DNA of 64,000 nt from Podarcis cretensis (GCA_951804945.1 OX638149.1:41044001-41108000); one strand, 5' to 3'. Positions 1 through 14,300 are shown, counted from the first letter of the stretch. Numbers and translations: made by a program. Notes: generated from the letters alone by a model not told the origin.

Positions 1-399
1 ACCCCTGCCCGCTTCAGTGAGAGAGCTCCAGCAATGGAGAGTGCTAGGAAATTAATGTGATAATGTTACTCTGGGCAGAGGAGAACAGGGGATACACTGT
101 CTCCTGCCAGCATTTAGCAAATTTAATACAAGCAATGACCATTTTGTGTGGGGGTTGTGTTCCTTACCCTCATGCGTGTTGGCAGAGCACATGAGAGCCC
201 ACTCCATCCCATTCTCTCTCCTTTTCCAGCCACTTCTGGGTTGCAGTGATGCACGCAAAAATAGAATTGCCTGTACACAAACAAATCCTTGCAAGATGTG
301 GAGGCTATGCACAGGGTCAAATGTATGACTTGATGTTGTTGTAATTTAAATTTGTATGCTGCCCTTTATCCATAGATATCATGGCAGTTTGCAACATCT

Positions 400-1722
400 T
401 ATTGTAGATGTGTACTCAGTACAAAGAGCTCTTAGGGAGCAGAATCATTGCTTTGAGATTTTACTTGGAAAGCTCAGAAATGCAGAGAAGTATGTAGACA
501 AGACCTTTGGGGACACAGTAGAAAGAGAGAGAGGTCTGTTTCGGAAAACAAGGGTTTTAAGATAAGTCAGTTCATACTGATGTAGTAGGATACTATTCAT
601 GAAAAAGGAATACATCTCTCTGGTATTGCATCCATAGCAGGGGTGAGGAATGTGTAACCTGTCAGATGTTGTTGGTCTACAGCTGCTATAATCCCTGCAC
701 TGGCTACTCTGGCTAGGGCTGATGAAAGCTGGAATCCAACTACCACTGGAGGGGCACATGTTCTAGTTCTCTGAGCTATAGTCTCTCATGCCAAGGATGA
801 GAGGGGAATGCAGTCACAATGGGAGTTTGCTACAGAGAGATGTGTTTGCATGTGTGACATACCTATCTAGTGAAAAAGGTGCGGACAACAGTCACAATCT
901 AGATGGGCAAGTAAATGTTATTTCATGAGAGGCATCAGTAGTTTTGTAGCATACCAGTTCCTATAACATCGGTAAATATAGTTCTGGAGTCTCGGAAGAT
1001 AAATTTAGGTTACAATGTTGAAGGAGTGGCTCTTCAGAAATTCTACCCATTCCATATATAAGGCAAGCTAGACCAGTAGAGCTAAAGGTTTTCGGTATTT
1101 GAATAAGATAGTGGGAAAGAGCTTTAGATTTACTGAACACTGGGCAGCTTTGGAAGAAAGGCTGAGCTATGCAAACAAGAGAGGCTACAATGGAACCAAA
1201 CTGCTGGTTCTTAAAACAGTAGTAGTAGTACTGTAGTAGTAGTAAAGTTTGCATAGCAGTTTTATAATTGACATGTAGAACAAAGTTGATAGTAGAAGTA
1301 TATGGGTGTGAGATAACCTCAGTTAGGCGTTATCTGAGTGTTCTGTGTCCTAAAAGAGAGGACAGGATAGACCTCAGTCCAACAGATGTTATTGACAAGT
1401 GAACCAAAACAGTGGAGGATGAATCAATAGCAAAATCCCCATGAAAAGGACACATAAAGAAGAACAATATAGATAGAGAGGAGCGTGTGTGAGTGCTCGC
1501 ATGCTATTGCTGGAGGTCTTAAAGCAAGATGGGTGAGTTCCAAAACCTACTATCAGAATAGAATGTATAGGAGGGATATCAGAAACCTGATAGAGAAGTA
1601 ATAATCAATGGGATGTAATTATCCATAATTATAAAATTTACAGAAAATGTAGTGCAGATTGAAGTGGCAATGTTATTGCTTTATATGTCAAGGAGGCTAT
1701 TGTATGCAATAAATTAGAAACC
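400..1722 (+). mobile_element. Old CR1 LINE remnant (putative ORF1 region plus start of the APE endonuclease)
   Basis: 1603-1719 translates NQWDVIIHNYKIYRKCSAD*SGNVIALYVKEAIVCNKLE, resembling the CR1 endonuclease motif (W..IPGY..YRKDR....GGGVALYVKE). The 5' boundary is approximate. Confidence 0.6.
638..772. mobile_element. Degenerate hAT-type palindromic MITE (same core as 31126-31261)
   Basis: CAGGGGTG start; core gatgttgttggtctacagct...agctggaatccaac resembles the better preserved copy at 31126. Confidence 0.55.
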
Positions 1723-2444
1723 CATGGGAGAGTAAATTAAATCACAAAAATCCCCCTAATGAATGTTCCAATTGTAATCTTGAGGCGGGGAGCAAGGAGG
1801 CAGCCAAATAAACCCCATTAGTCTTCTGATAATGTCTCTCAATTTACATTATTATGATTCAGTAAGTTTTCTAGGGTCTAATATTTTGTCCTAAACATCC
1901 CCAGTCAAATAGCTTGATGGAAAATGCGATGAAAATTGTAAAAACAACTGATGAGAAAAGCATCAGACTCAAACACAGATACATATTTTGTACTTTCATT
2001 GACAGGCAGCACAATTAAAGCCATGGAAATTGCTGAAGATCTGTTCCTCAACAGAAAAACCAGGAACATGAAGGGAAGAACAACAATGCAGTGCCCCCAA
2101 ATAACCTTTGAAGTTCAAACTCATAAATTGCATAAGAGAGTGAAACAAAAATAGCTAAGAAAGAAAGTAATGTGTATCACTATATCAAAATTAAGTGACA
2201 AATCATGATTGCATACTGGTAACAAGTGGGTGCAGAAAACTGTCATTAAATAAAGAGGTTGCAGCTACATCTTATGAAGCCTTCATCTCTTACAAATTTT
2301 GAAAGATGAGAGGAAATACTAAGGGGGGGGGGGACAGTCAGAAGCATCAGGAAGCAATCCAACATGCAAAGTGGGAGGGGGGAATCTAGAAATTAAACTA
2401 CAAAGGTATAGTCATTTCTGGAGTGAAGGAATTCCAGAGAACAG

Positions 2445-2721
2445 TGTTAATAACCTGGGACTAAAATGCTAAATGGCTAGAATGTTCACTTACTAAGTAA
2501 AAGGGGAGTTGCAAGGATCATAGGTATCCATGGAAACATGTGACTGTACTCTAACGGCACCATCCTTATAAAAGAGAAAGTGGTTGGACACAGAAATGTG
2601 GGCAGGCTCTTAGTCCAGGAACGAGGTTAGATACATAGCAAACCACCTTAATAAATAAACCTTTCATTCTGATAAAAGACTGCTTGCAGGTTCCTTCTAG
2701 TAGAGATTACAAAACATTACA
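2445..2721 (+). mobile_element. Possible solo LTR
   Basis: TGTTA...TTACA ends, TATAAAA near 2566 and AATAAA near 2650-2659; no clear target-site duplication (TSD). Confidence 0.3.
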
Positions 2722-2734
2722 CCACCTACTGACA

Positions 2735-2905
2735 GTCTTATCCTAAGCTTTCCTTGGAAGTAAATCCCACTGAGTCCAGAGGGATTTAGTTCCTAATAAG
2801 TGTGGTTAGAATTGTAGCCATGTGGCATGACCCTGCTTTGTTTACTCAAAAGTAAATCTAATTGATTCAATGGGTCTTACTTCCAAATAAATGTACTTAG
2901 GATTT
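2735..2905. repeat. Two adjacent short foldback MITE copies (about 85-bp GCAATCCTA...AGTAA...TTACT...TAGGATTGC family)
   Basis: Imperfect palindromes with ggaagtaaatccc/gggatttagttcc and aagtaaatcta...ttacttcc...taggatt cores; the same family recurs many times in the window. Confidence 0.55.
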
Positions 2906-4249
2906 CTGGACAACTAATGCTGCAGTCCTAAGCATATTTATCTCAAGCAACATTGTATCAAACTCACTGGTACTATTTTCTGTTTAATTTTAATATAATA
3001 TTTAGGGGGGGAGCACATATTTTGCATGGATCGTTTGCATTTGTTTTGATGAAATTCATATCATCAACTTAGTTCAGTTTTGCCATTTAACTTCCAGGAT
3101 GGTGGGCTTGATTATTCCATAAACAAGTTTATGTGTTGTACAGGACCTCAGAACCATGGAGACACTTGTGTTTAAAAATCAAAAGGTGTAGTTCTTACAT
3201 CAAACAAACTCTGAGTATGGTGGACCTCAGAATTAGCTTTCTTAAATGAGAATATTACAAATTCCAAAATGTAATAAGCTTGTGAAGCTTTACTAAAATG
3301 CTTTCTGTTTTTAACAGTTTAGCTTTAAAAGCAGAGTGCCTCGTATATTTGTGAAGGGAACATTTTCTTTATGAACCTTTTGAACCTTCTGAAATTAGCA
3401 TCCCCTACCTTGCCTCCCCTGGAAGGCAGTAGAAGTTGTATTTAAAAATAGAGAATTAAGCTTTAATCATGAGAAGTAGAAGCAAATGGCAAAGGAACAG
3501 GCTCTGTGAATCAATATAACTGCCTCTGCGAAGCAAACTGTCCTTTAGTTCACAGCTATATAACTGTGACAATACACAAGGAACAAACACAAGAAACATT
3601 TCCAAATGTTCTTGTTTCAGCTCATGAAGGAAGGCTTCAGACTGCTTAAAAACTTGCCACCTGGTGGCTCCAATCATCCCCAGTGAAGCCTGAAGCCTTT
3701 AATTACTACTACCACCATTGGACTTGGGGAGTCCTTACACAAGACACAAATGGAGTTTCTCAAAACTCATGTGCAAGAAACTGATTTAATTTCCCCATCT
3801 CCTTCTCTTGCTCCAACCTAATACTACAGGATATCAGCTGGAACCAGCACTTGCTGTGATTATGTAAGCAGAAAGAAGCTCACACAACTGATCCTTCTCC
3901 TCCTCTTCCCTTTAGCATCCTGAAATGCCCCTCCCAAGCAATGAAGTTGTATCACATGGAGCACAGGGGGAAATATGGGGAAGGAACGAGAAACATCAAT
4001 TCTGCAAGGTGTCTTCTGCTCATGCAACTACTGGATACAACAGTGAGTGCCATTTTGTCCCGAATATAGACAGAATCAAGACTGCAAAATAATTTTGTTT
4101 AGTTTAATATGAATAAATTACTATAAGCAATGGATAAGCAGCATGAGCCTATAGTTATAGTTATGAGTGTGATTTACTCCCAAGTAAGTCTACACAGACA
4201 GCATGAACAGAAAAGGGAATTTAATCTCCAACTGTGCCCAAAAATTCAG

Positions 4250-4345
4250 CCATGCAACTTATTCCTATGCATGTCTACTAGAAGCAAGGCAGACTAGAGT
4301 TCAATGGATTTACTTCCAGGTGAGAATACAGCGGATTTCAGCTTA
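4250..4345. repeat. Short foldback MITE, same family
   Basis: tcctatgcatgtctactagaag...ttcaatggatttacttccaggtgag...ggatttcagc. Confidence 0.55.
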
Positions 4346-7198
4346 GTCATTGTAAGGTCATTCTTGCCAATTCAGATTCTTCCCTGATTATTATTCTCCA
4401 TAGTAATAGACCACATGTAGATCCACATACTACTACATTCACAAAGTGTGGTGGGGCTGTTTATGCCATTCTGCCTTATCAGCTTCATACCTAACTTTCA
4501 TGCACCGAGGTTGAATCTACGAAGCACGATTCTTCATGCATTAATATTCAGCCAAACACACTAAGAATCCCCCTTCACATTTTCTTGCTCAATGTGGACA
4601 CTGGTAATGGGGTTGGTATGTATGACCTCTTGCCCCTGCATGTTCTTTGAACACTTGAATAGGACTTATGATATCACCTGGGGTTACAGGCACTTACCCA
4701 GCGTTGGTGTTTCCCTTTGGGGAATGAGGCACAGCAGAGACTGTGGTATCTTTATGATATATGGTCTATTTACACATATATACAACCAGAGCCTACGATG
4801 GAGGGCTTCACAGCATTAACACCCCAAAGGGGTCTTGTTTCTCCCATAGTTGCAGCCTTCCATTCAAACAGAAATCAAAAATTGCTCTCGAATGTTGCCC
4901 TAACTCTCTCTCTAGCTTGCTGCTTTACTTCAAGGTCATATCATTTCACTCACCACTCCAAACTCTGGCTTCAGTCTTCTAATTAATGGCAACTATGAGC
5001 TGGGGGGAGGGGCCTCACCCATTTGCCATTTCACACAGAGCCTGTTTCCTTTATTTCCCTTAATGGCCCATCAACACAGGAAGCTAATCTGGCATATATG
5101 TTAATACTTGCTGGATCCAGGGGTTAGAAGGATCTTGAATACAGCCTATTTCTTCCCCCTCAAACTCATAGCAATATTTATTTCCTTTATGAATCACTAC
5201 TCATGAGGCATCCCAAAGCGATTTACAATATATTACAATCAAAAATCGATTTGAGTTATCCCTTAGACACCAATGAGAAACCTAGATATTTCTGTCTTTG
5301 TCTCCATTTATGAAACATATGCAGGTTTATTCAGTACTAAGTTACTATACTTAGTAGGGCAGCTTTAGATAAATGAAGATCAGGAATTGAGAACTTACGG
5401 TATGTATAGTACAGCATATTTTAGTTACATGCCAAAACAGAGTCCATCTTTTTAATTAAAAAAAGAAAAGAAAATTAAGAAAAAGGAGGGAAGATCAATT
5501 TATGACTTTATGAATATTTTTCAAAAAAATTCTGTTCACACTGGCATCACCATTTCTTGCATGTCAATACAAGTGGCCATACTGATTTCTTCAGCACAGA
5601 GTAAGAAAGTGGTTCAACTGAGACAATGGGTCTTCTAACTCTTGCCCTTATTGCCTGTATCATAAATCCATAAAGGGGGAAGTATGGTGAAACCAACTGG
5701 CAAGTTCAACTGAGAGATAAACATCAACACCTTTTTAATGACTTGTGTACACATTGTAAACCAGAGAATCTTTATACAAATAAACCAGATAAATCAAACA
5801 TGAGGTGAGGATTAGAGAGAAGCAATTAAAGCTTTATGGTGAGGTTGATGTAGGAGGGACCTGTAACACATTAGAGCATATAACAGAAAATGTGTTAAAT
5901 ACAGACTACAGTGTGTACAGTTAAATTAATTAGTTTTTTTGAAAAAAAATTCTAAAGCAATATGTTCATAGACAGGTAAGTTGCTAAAGCACATGGAATA
6001 AATAAACATTTAGTTTAGTTATTTATTAGAGGACTGATGAAACTGGGAAGGGCAGAAAGAGAGATCAAACTTTTTAAAAGACGGATGCGATAAAATCATA
6101 GCTAATTTAGGTATTTTTAAGTTGATGGTTGCTCCATGCTAGAGACAGAAAATAAAATGCATGATGAGATGAAAAACACCCTACTAGGTTGTATTTCATT
6201 GACTACAGTTAGGGTCCACCAATCTTTTGATGCATATTTGTAATTTTGAGAGAATTTTGAGTGAACCCCTCAACTTCTGGTTGCTTCTCCTCCTTCCCTC
6301 CCACCCTCCCTTGCAGCAAAAAGAGAGAGTGCATATGCATACATACAGTTATATTGTTTTTCTAAGTTCTTCTTGAATTTGCATGATTTTATATGGGAGT
6401 CTATAAAACCCACCAGCAAATGAAAGCTTACAGTGGTAGATTATAAAGTAAAAATTCCAAACCCAGTGTTTTCCAGCACCACAAATCCACTGATTTAAGG
6501 AATGGATCCTCATCATTTTTACATTGGATGAGAACACCAGCAAATCATGGGACACATTTGCTTACACAAATGTGACCTATGATCTGATTATGGTTTTGAG
6601 AGGATCCCTTGCAAATATTATGAGGATCCGTAAGGGAACTGTGCTTCAGATTATATATTTGTACCACAGTGCCTCTTGAAAGCACCATATCTGTGCTTTT
6701 TACAGTTTAATCAATGGAGACAGTCCTGATCTGTGATTTGATGGTGGAGGGAACCTATGAAAAAGTCATGCAATTTCAATGTTTGTTTTATTGCATTCAA
6801 GTTGTGTGTGCCCATGCTCTGTCCCAGTAGCTTGCAGAAGCAGTGTGGGTTGGACAGCAGTGTTTTCTGTTATTTGACACATATGTCAACAAAGGTAGAT
6901 TGATGGGCCCAGATAAGTTAAGACCTAGAAAATAATATCCAGCAATTTGTTATAAAGCTCAAGTTAAGAAGTAGTAGTCAGGGTCAGGTCTTACCTTTCC
7001 TGGTCCATCTAATGTTTTGAGAATCCTTATCCTCTATTCTTTAAACTGTGCTTAATATGCCTCAAATGTAACTCCATTACTTTTTACACTTTATAATACC
7101 AATTGCTCAGCAAAACATACCGGTACTAGCGGTAGGTCTGGTAATATACGTGAGGATGCTGTTTGCTACTTGTAGTATGAAGAACTAGGGCTCCAAAA

Positions 7199-7200
<2 letters not shown>

Positions 7201-7230
<30 letters not shown>
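7201..7230. repeat. (GT)15 microsatellite
   Basis: Direct reading. Confidence 0.95.
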
Positions 7231-7232
<2 letters not shown>

Positions 7233-8109
7233 AGTTGCTTGTTCTGGCAATAGCAGACTTTCCTTTATGCATCTCCAAAGCAATAAGAACTTTGCCATCA
7301 TAAAACAGAATGCTTTTAAGTCTTTCCCAAGGGAAACAGTATATGCATAGTTTATGTAAAAAGGAGAAGAAAGTAAAGGTAAGAATTCTAGTAAGGGGTA
7401 AAAAATTAACAGTTCTTTAACAGCCTAAGAAATATGAACCATTGCTTTCAATGAAAATACATAGGGGACTATACATTCTGCTAAGCTAGATCTTTTTGTA
7501 ACTGGGGTAAGAAAAGTGATGGAATATGGCTCATCTTGTCTTATCTAAATGAAACTACTATACATCTACTTATGAGTCTTTACTCCATAAGAGCATTTTA
7601 GTCAGCTTCATCCAGAATCATGCAATTACAAAATATCTGGTAAAGAAAAAGGCGAAGAGAACAAGATTTGGAAGAACCCAGAAAGAGCAAGTAACATTGA
7701 CTCTAGAATGAAAAGCTTGGAAATATTTTTAGAACATTGGGCACACACACTGAAACTGCCCCAAGCAGCTTTATGTTGTGTGACTGGATGATTTGCTGCT
7801 AGTATACTGCTGCCAAAGTCTCACTAACTTTGGCATGATCTCAGAAGTATTCCTTACATGAAAGAACACTCCTCACCAACAATTTCTGCTGTAATATATT
7901 AACCACAAACATATTTCAGCCAAGATCAGACTTGGAAGTTCGGCTGGATCCCAAAACCCATTTTCATAAATATGGCTTAAATCCATTGGCCTCAACCATG
8001 TTGTTACAGATTTGTAATGCTGAGAATATCTGGTCCTTATTTTCCCACTCTCAGGTGAATATATTCAAAGCAAAATTCCTACACCATATAGCAGATCTCA
8101 TTACACTTC

Positions 8110-8112
<3 letters not shown>

Positions 8113-8142
<30 letters not shown>
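8113..8142. repeat. (GT)15 microsatellite
   Basis: Direct reading. Confidence 0.95.
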
Positions 8143-8145
<3 letters not shown>

Positions 8146-8748
8146 CAACTGAAATCTACAGGAACTACTTCCAAGTAATCACTGTAACCCAGACGCTGCT
8201 GCAAAATACATATGGAATGCTTACATTAATAATCTTCCACATTCAGTTAAAAACAGAGAAGACAGATCCATGTGTGCACACATTGCTTCCACCTTAAGAA
8301 AGGTCACAGACAATGTACTTCATATATGGCACTATACTTAGATTTCAATAAGGAAAAATTAGAAGGGATGGCAGTCAGGGAAAAAAGAAGCAGAAAGGGC
8401 CAAAGTTAGGTGAGACAGCCCCTTGTGTAACTGGGATACCCAAGCAGCCCCAGCTATACAACATGGATAGAAAGCTAGTCAACACTACATTCCAGTATTT
8501 ACCTATTACCCCTTTTTTGAACCAGACATAGGGCTAGCCCAACAACAGAGACAAATATGATAACTACATGAGGTGCCAGGTACATGACTCAGCCCTGCAA
8601 ATGTACTGGGTGGAGAACTGTTGTCTGCACTTTAGGAAGAAGTGCACATAAGCAGCTTTAGCAGCTTGTAACTGCATGAATCCAATTAAAGGATGGAGGG
8701 AATGGGAAGAGGAAGTTGCCTTATTTCTAAGTAAGGATTGCACAGGTA

Positions 8749-8822
8749 GGCTGCAATTCTATATATATTTAGCTGGGTGTAAGCCCCACTGAACTTAGAA
8801 GTAGACAAACATAGGATTGTGC
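8749..8822. repeat. Short foldback MITE, same family
   Basis: ggctgcaattcta...gtaagccccactgaac...taggattgtgc with inverted termini. Confidence 0.6.
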
Positions 8823-9539
8823 TACTGAGGTACTGTTGTTTCACTGCTGTGGGCAGAGTATATGAGAGGGGACACAATTATAAATTGCCTAATACAGCAA
8901 AACACCTTGGGCCAGCTCTGATAAGACAGACTTTGGAAAGCTGGCAAAAGAGGACTTTGGCTTTTTCGCTTGTGAGTCCTTTCAGCAAATCAGCAACTTT
9001 ATGTACTCTCACTGTTTCCTCATATCCACCTAGGTGCTATTTTGTCCACAGGATTCCTTTACCCACAAGAGGAGTGCCCCACTCCTATAACTGTGGAAGG
9101 AGCAGGGAGTATAAGCAGGGAGGTGCTGCATTTCATTGGTTGACATTCACAGTTATTTTATTTCAATCTCACCCCACAAGGGGATCAGGGGTGGAAGAGG
9201 AATGATTTAAACCTACACTCCCCTTCTGCCCACTCTCAATGTAAAATCCTGGGACCAAAACAGAACCTAAACCATTTGAGCGCCTGTGCTTCTAGGCTAA
9301 GAAACTAGCCACAGAACTTCAGGATTCATTTTTACCGCTTTCCCACAAGTTGGCTACAGTCAGCTGTATGACACAAAAACAACAATTATTATTTGCTTTG
9401 CAAAGAAGCTACTTGGTGGATTACAACCAAAGGAGTCAGAAGATCTTTAATGACTTTAACTCGTGCTTTTTTCTAGAAAAAGAGGTGCAGGAACTCCCAC
9501 TTTTTTATGGACAACCTTAAGTTGTTGAGCTTATTTTAG

Positions 9540-11378
9540 GGTGGTGCAATGTGGTGGTGCAAGCCACAAAGAAGAATCATTTATAGCTTGCATTATAGTA
9601 ACTGGCTAGAGAAGTTATTTTGGACCAGTTATTTGGAGGTAACTGATTCCCACTGTGGAGGAAGGGCCTCTGGAACATTTGAGGACTCACTGTGATCAGC
9701 TGGCTACACATTTTAAGAATAAAGTCACTCAACTTCAGTATGCCCTTGACTCTAAAGTTGTTGCAGCTGCAGATGAAGTACCCAATGCTAGAGTCAGTGA
9801 TGTGTTGTGGGATCAATTTCAGCTTAGAAAGTCAGTTGAAGTGGGCAAGGTGCTAGTGGCTATATGCCTGACCACAGGCCATCTTGACTCCAATCCTCTT
9901 GGTTTATTCAATCTAACAAAGGGGGTTGACTGGTTGAGTTCAGAGTGTGGTCACTCTGTGAGGGGGTGGTCCCTGCTGCCTTCAAAGAGGTAGCATTGGG
10001 AGAGGGCTTTTTAGCCTCCTGACAGTTATGCTGTGGGATGCCACAGGGCACTACTTTATTCTCAGTGCTAAAGGTAAAGGTAAAGGTACCCCTGCCCGTA
10101 CGGGCCAGTCTTGACAGACTCTGGGGTTGTGCGCCCATCTCACTTAAGAGGCCAGGGGCCAGCGCTGTCCGGAGACACTTCCGGGTCACGTGGCCAGCGT
10201 GACATCGCTGCTCTGGCCAGAGCCAGAGCCAGAGCCAGAGCCGCACACGGAAACGCCGTTTACCTTCCCGCTGGTAAGCGGTCCCTATTTATCTACTTGC
10301 ACCCGGAGGTGCTTTCGAACTGCTAGGTTGGCAGGCGCTGGGACCGAGCAGCGGGAGCGCACCCCGCCGCAGGGATTCGAACCGCCGACCTTTCGATCGG
10401 CAAGCCCTAGGCGCTGAGGCTTTAACCCACAGCGCCACCTGCGTCCCACATTCTCAGTGCTATTTAATATCTATATGAAGTGGCTGGGAACGGTCAGTAG
10501 GGGTGTGGGGGCAAAGTGCCATCAGTGTGCCAATGCCACAAAACTCTATTTCTCTATAACATCTAACTCAAGAGAGATCAAGCAGGCCCTGGACCAATGC
10601 CTGGATGCAATGGTGAGAAGGATGAGGGAAAATAAGCTGAGCTTGAAACCTGGCAAGATGGAGGCACTGTGGGTGAGTAGTCCCTGTGTCCAAGAATTGG
10701 TCAATTGTCTTCCCTGAATAGACAATTGCATTCCTTTTGAAGGAGCAATTACTCAGTCTGGAGGTGCTTCCAGATCCAGTTTTGTCACTTGAGGTTCAGG
10801 TAGCCTCAATGGCTAGAAGTGCCTTTTACCAGCTGTGTGCCTTATGACTGTTACTGGACAAGGACAGCTTGACAACAATAATTCAAGACTGTATTACTGA
10901 AATGCATGCTATGTAAGGCTTCCCTTGCACTTGACTTGGAAACTGCAGTCAGTGCAGAATACTGTAGCACAGTTGCTGACAGGAGTGAGCATAAAACACC
11001 TCTGGGCCCCATTCAATGTGGGACTGCCTCACCCCATATGTGCACACTTGACAGCTTTTATTTGTGAAACTGGCACTGTTACATGTATAATACTTGTTCC
11101 ACGGTTATAAGAAATTGAACTTTTAGTGTGGCAGAACATACACTTTGGAACTTCCTGCCTGTTGACATCAGGCAGGTGCCTTTGCTGTACTCTTATCAGC
11201 ACCTACTTAAAACATGTTTGTTTAGGCAAGCTTATCCAGACCTGTATTATCCAGTATTTTAATTTCTTTTAATTTCAATTACCTTTAAATGTTTTATTTA
11301 TAATTTTAATACTTACTGTAAACCACTTAGAAGTTTTACTGCAATCAAGCAGTATATAAATTTTGTTAAATAAAAATA
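9540..11378 (+). mobile_element. Decayed L2 LINE (ORF2/RT and 3' end) interrupted by a Sauria SINE
   Basis: ORF 9655-9993 (CDQLATHFKNKV...LWDQFQL...TTGHLDSNP). CGMPQG before the SINE and LFNIYMKWLG...CHQCANATKLYFS after it match the L2 RT motifs GVPQG/LFNIYM/YADDTQLY. Ends in ...gcagtatataaattttgttaaataaaaata. Confidence 0.85.
10071..10447 (-). mobile_element. Full-length, CpG-rich Sauria SINE
   Basis: Minus strand starts GGGACGCAGGTGGCGCTGTGG (A box), B box GGTTCGAATCC (10373-10383), (ACCTTT)n tail. 13-bp TSD attctcagtgcta at 10058-10070 and 10450-10462. Confidence 0.93.
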
Positions 11379-14300
11379 GTAAGCTCCTTTAAAATCTTAG
11401 GGAATGCTCGGATCAGAAGTTGCCAAACTCCTGCTTCTCCTTTAGCCTGGCAGAAAGATTTCAAAGCACTGCACACATTATAAGTTCCAAATAAATTACA
11501 AGCAGAGTTGTACGTACATTTGCAGCATGGTTTCGTAAATATTTTTTCTAACTCAATTCCCCTTCACTCTTTGACACTGTCCGCCACGTACAGTCATTCA
11601 ACATATCCTCTCACACATCCTTTAGCTACCCCTCTCATACGTAACCTCACACATACTCCTAAAAGTTGGCCAACATCTTAATAATGCTGCCTGCTCTCTT
11701 TTTAGCTGAACCTACTCCCACCAATACATACAGGCGCATCTGTCTGTAGGACTTATGTGCAAACACAACACTTGAGCAGTTGGATTGTTAATAAACACTT
11801 CACAGCACCTCAGCATCTGAGCCAATAACTAGGAAGGCCTCACTTCAGTCAGCTGAACTCAGAGATCTTACAGTCAATTGCTATGAAGTTGCATAGGTTG
11901 GTGAATAAATTGTGGTTATGATAATATGGAGGTTTCAAAGCCACTACATTTAAAGCATTGTAGAAGTGTGTAAAAACATTTACTGGGACTCGTGGAAACA
12001 GGGATGTGGGAAACCTCAGTGGGAAATTTTGCTAGCTTTGTAATTCCTGCTATGGGGGGTGATTCACATTTATGTTTTGCTCTAGGCAAAACTCAGTAAG
12101 GTCTTTGTGAAAAACTCCAAACTGATACTCAATTTTTGCTTCAGGTGAAGTTCAGTGGTAATACTACCAGTTCTTGAAAAGATATGGAGCCCCTGTATTT
12201 TACAAGTCCTGCCCCCTGACCCCCTAGTTGTAGTTAAGTCATGGGCCCCCAGTAGTCTTCCAGAAAGAGTAGCTAAAGAAGCCCTCTCTCCCCAATTTGA
12301 GTATTCAGAAATATTTGTTTCAAACCTTACTGTGAAGCACTTATTGTCCTAATTATTAGAGAGAGAAGGATAACAGGAATTAAGAAAAAATAGGCCTGCA
12401 TTTGAATAAGTATGCTTATTCATTAATGTCACTGAGTATATTTATTCTCTAATAGAGAAAGTAACAATGTTAGCAAGGTTTTAAGGCATTCTGGAATTAT
12501 AACTGCCTGACCAATACAGACCTAACACTATAGTTTCAAACGCTAAAATATTACAGAGATCAAAACCTTAGATTTTTTTAGTTAACAGTTGCAGTGAGTA
12601 CAAACCCATTCTTAAGTCCCCAACACATTTTGAACAAAGTTTTCTTTAAAAGACTGTAAGGAGGAACCAATATATTGATTATTAGGACTAGTGTTGAATC
12701 AATGAACGGAGCATGCTAATTTGTACAATAACTCTATCAAATCTGAACATAAGAAGCTACCACTCTTTTCCTATCAGTTTTAAAAATACAGTAGTAATAC
12801 AAAATGATAACAAAGAGAGGCCAAAGCCTGAGGGACTCCATTCTCTTCCCATGAAATGCAATGGCAAATAAAAATAAATCATTCACAGTGAGGCTCTGAA
12901 TGGGCAGTAGGACTTAACTATGCTTGCAGCCATAAGGGGGTTCTCTATGACTGAGGGCTCAGGCTGGCAGGACATTGTAGGAAATGGTCATTGGTGCTGC
13001 TCATGAGCTAAGCTTTCCGTCTCTAGGGCTATCAATCTGGCAACTTTCACAGGCACTAAAAATCGCACACACAAAAATTAAGCGAAAGATATAGGAAAAT
13101 ATTGCAGTGTCAAGACATATTTAAAGTAGAGTTTGGAACTGAACTTCTGTGATGTTTCCTGCAGCTTGCCTGAACACTTTTTTCCATTCAATACATTAAA
13201 GGGCTATGATCAAGGCTAGAAGACCTAAAATTAGACCTGCCAGCTGTGTTTTGGTTAGTGAATATTCACAGGCCCTGCTATGCCTGTGGCCAGCCTGTCT
13301 TGTCCTTTCGAGTAAACAGAATGCTAATTTGTCTAATCGATTTCATTATCCTATTGGCTAAAAAATAATAATCTGGAGATCAAAAGACACAGAGAAGACC
13401 ATATCGAGGCAAATATCTGTCAAAGCAAACCAATTGTCTACCATGTATTTAGAATTGTATCTATTTTACAGATCTTTCTTGGAGTGGTGGCCAGAATGAA
13501 TGTATTCAAAGTTTAAGAAATTAAGATAAATTACTTAAAATTAAAGTTCTTTATTGCAGAAATGTACAGTGAGAAAATGCATAATAAACTTGTTACTAAT
13601 AAGTTGCAGATAAATCTTAGGACTATTAAATTTCTAATCAGTGGTTGCCTGAAACCAATTTTTTGTTTTGTTTTATGAAACAGCTTCTAGCTACATAATC
13701 CACAGGTATTAATGCCCTTTACATGTGTAAATATATAATTGAGCTAAGGATCTCCAAAATTAGATGACCCAAAGTAGAGGCAACATTGGACAGCTTGATT
13801 ATTTAAAATTACCAGATGAGTTCTGTTCTTTCTAAATATCTAACAATCATCAAAATGAGTCAGTCAGATTCATGTGTGAGTGTTATTGCCCTGTAATTAC
13901 AGGTTGCAAGGGGGGATTGGCAACCTTCAAAATAATTGGAAACATGTGTATCAATGCTTAATAAAAGGCTAGGCTGTGCAAAAAACAAGTGTAACAAGAA
14001 GAGAACAGATTCATATCACTACAATATACGCTCAAATGTTTGTTTTTAAAATATCTTAGATTATTCCTTTACACATAAAAACATACACATATACAAAGTA
14101 TTTGGTAAGATGACAGCCACATCAGAATCTCTGCACGGTGCTTCCTTCCACATTTTCCCTAAAAGGGTAGAATCTACCTGTAAGTAGGTAATGGTCCATG
14201 ATTAAAAAGAATTAATGGAAGCTAAAACATATTGCATCTCATACAAATCATTGTCCCGTCATGTCCAGTCTATAAAATAAATGCTCCTGACTCTCTCAAA

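Noticed and set aside
9655-10717. ORFs of 86-112 aa as host genes
   Set aside because: They are L2 ORF2 remnants (catalytic YADD decayed to CANA) and SINE-derived frames.
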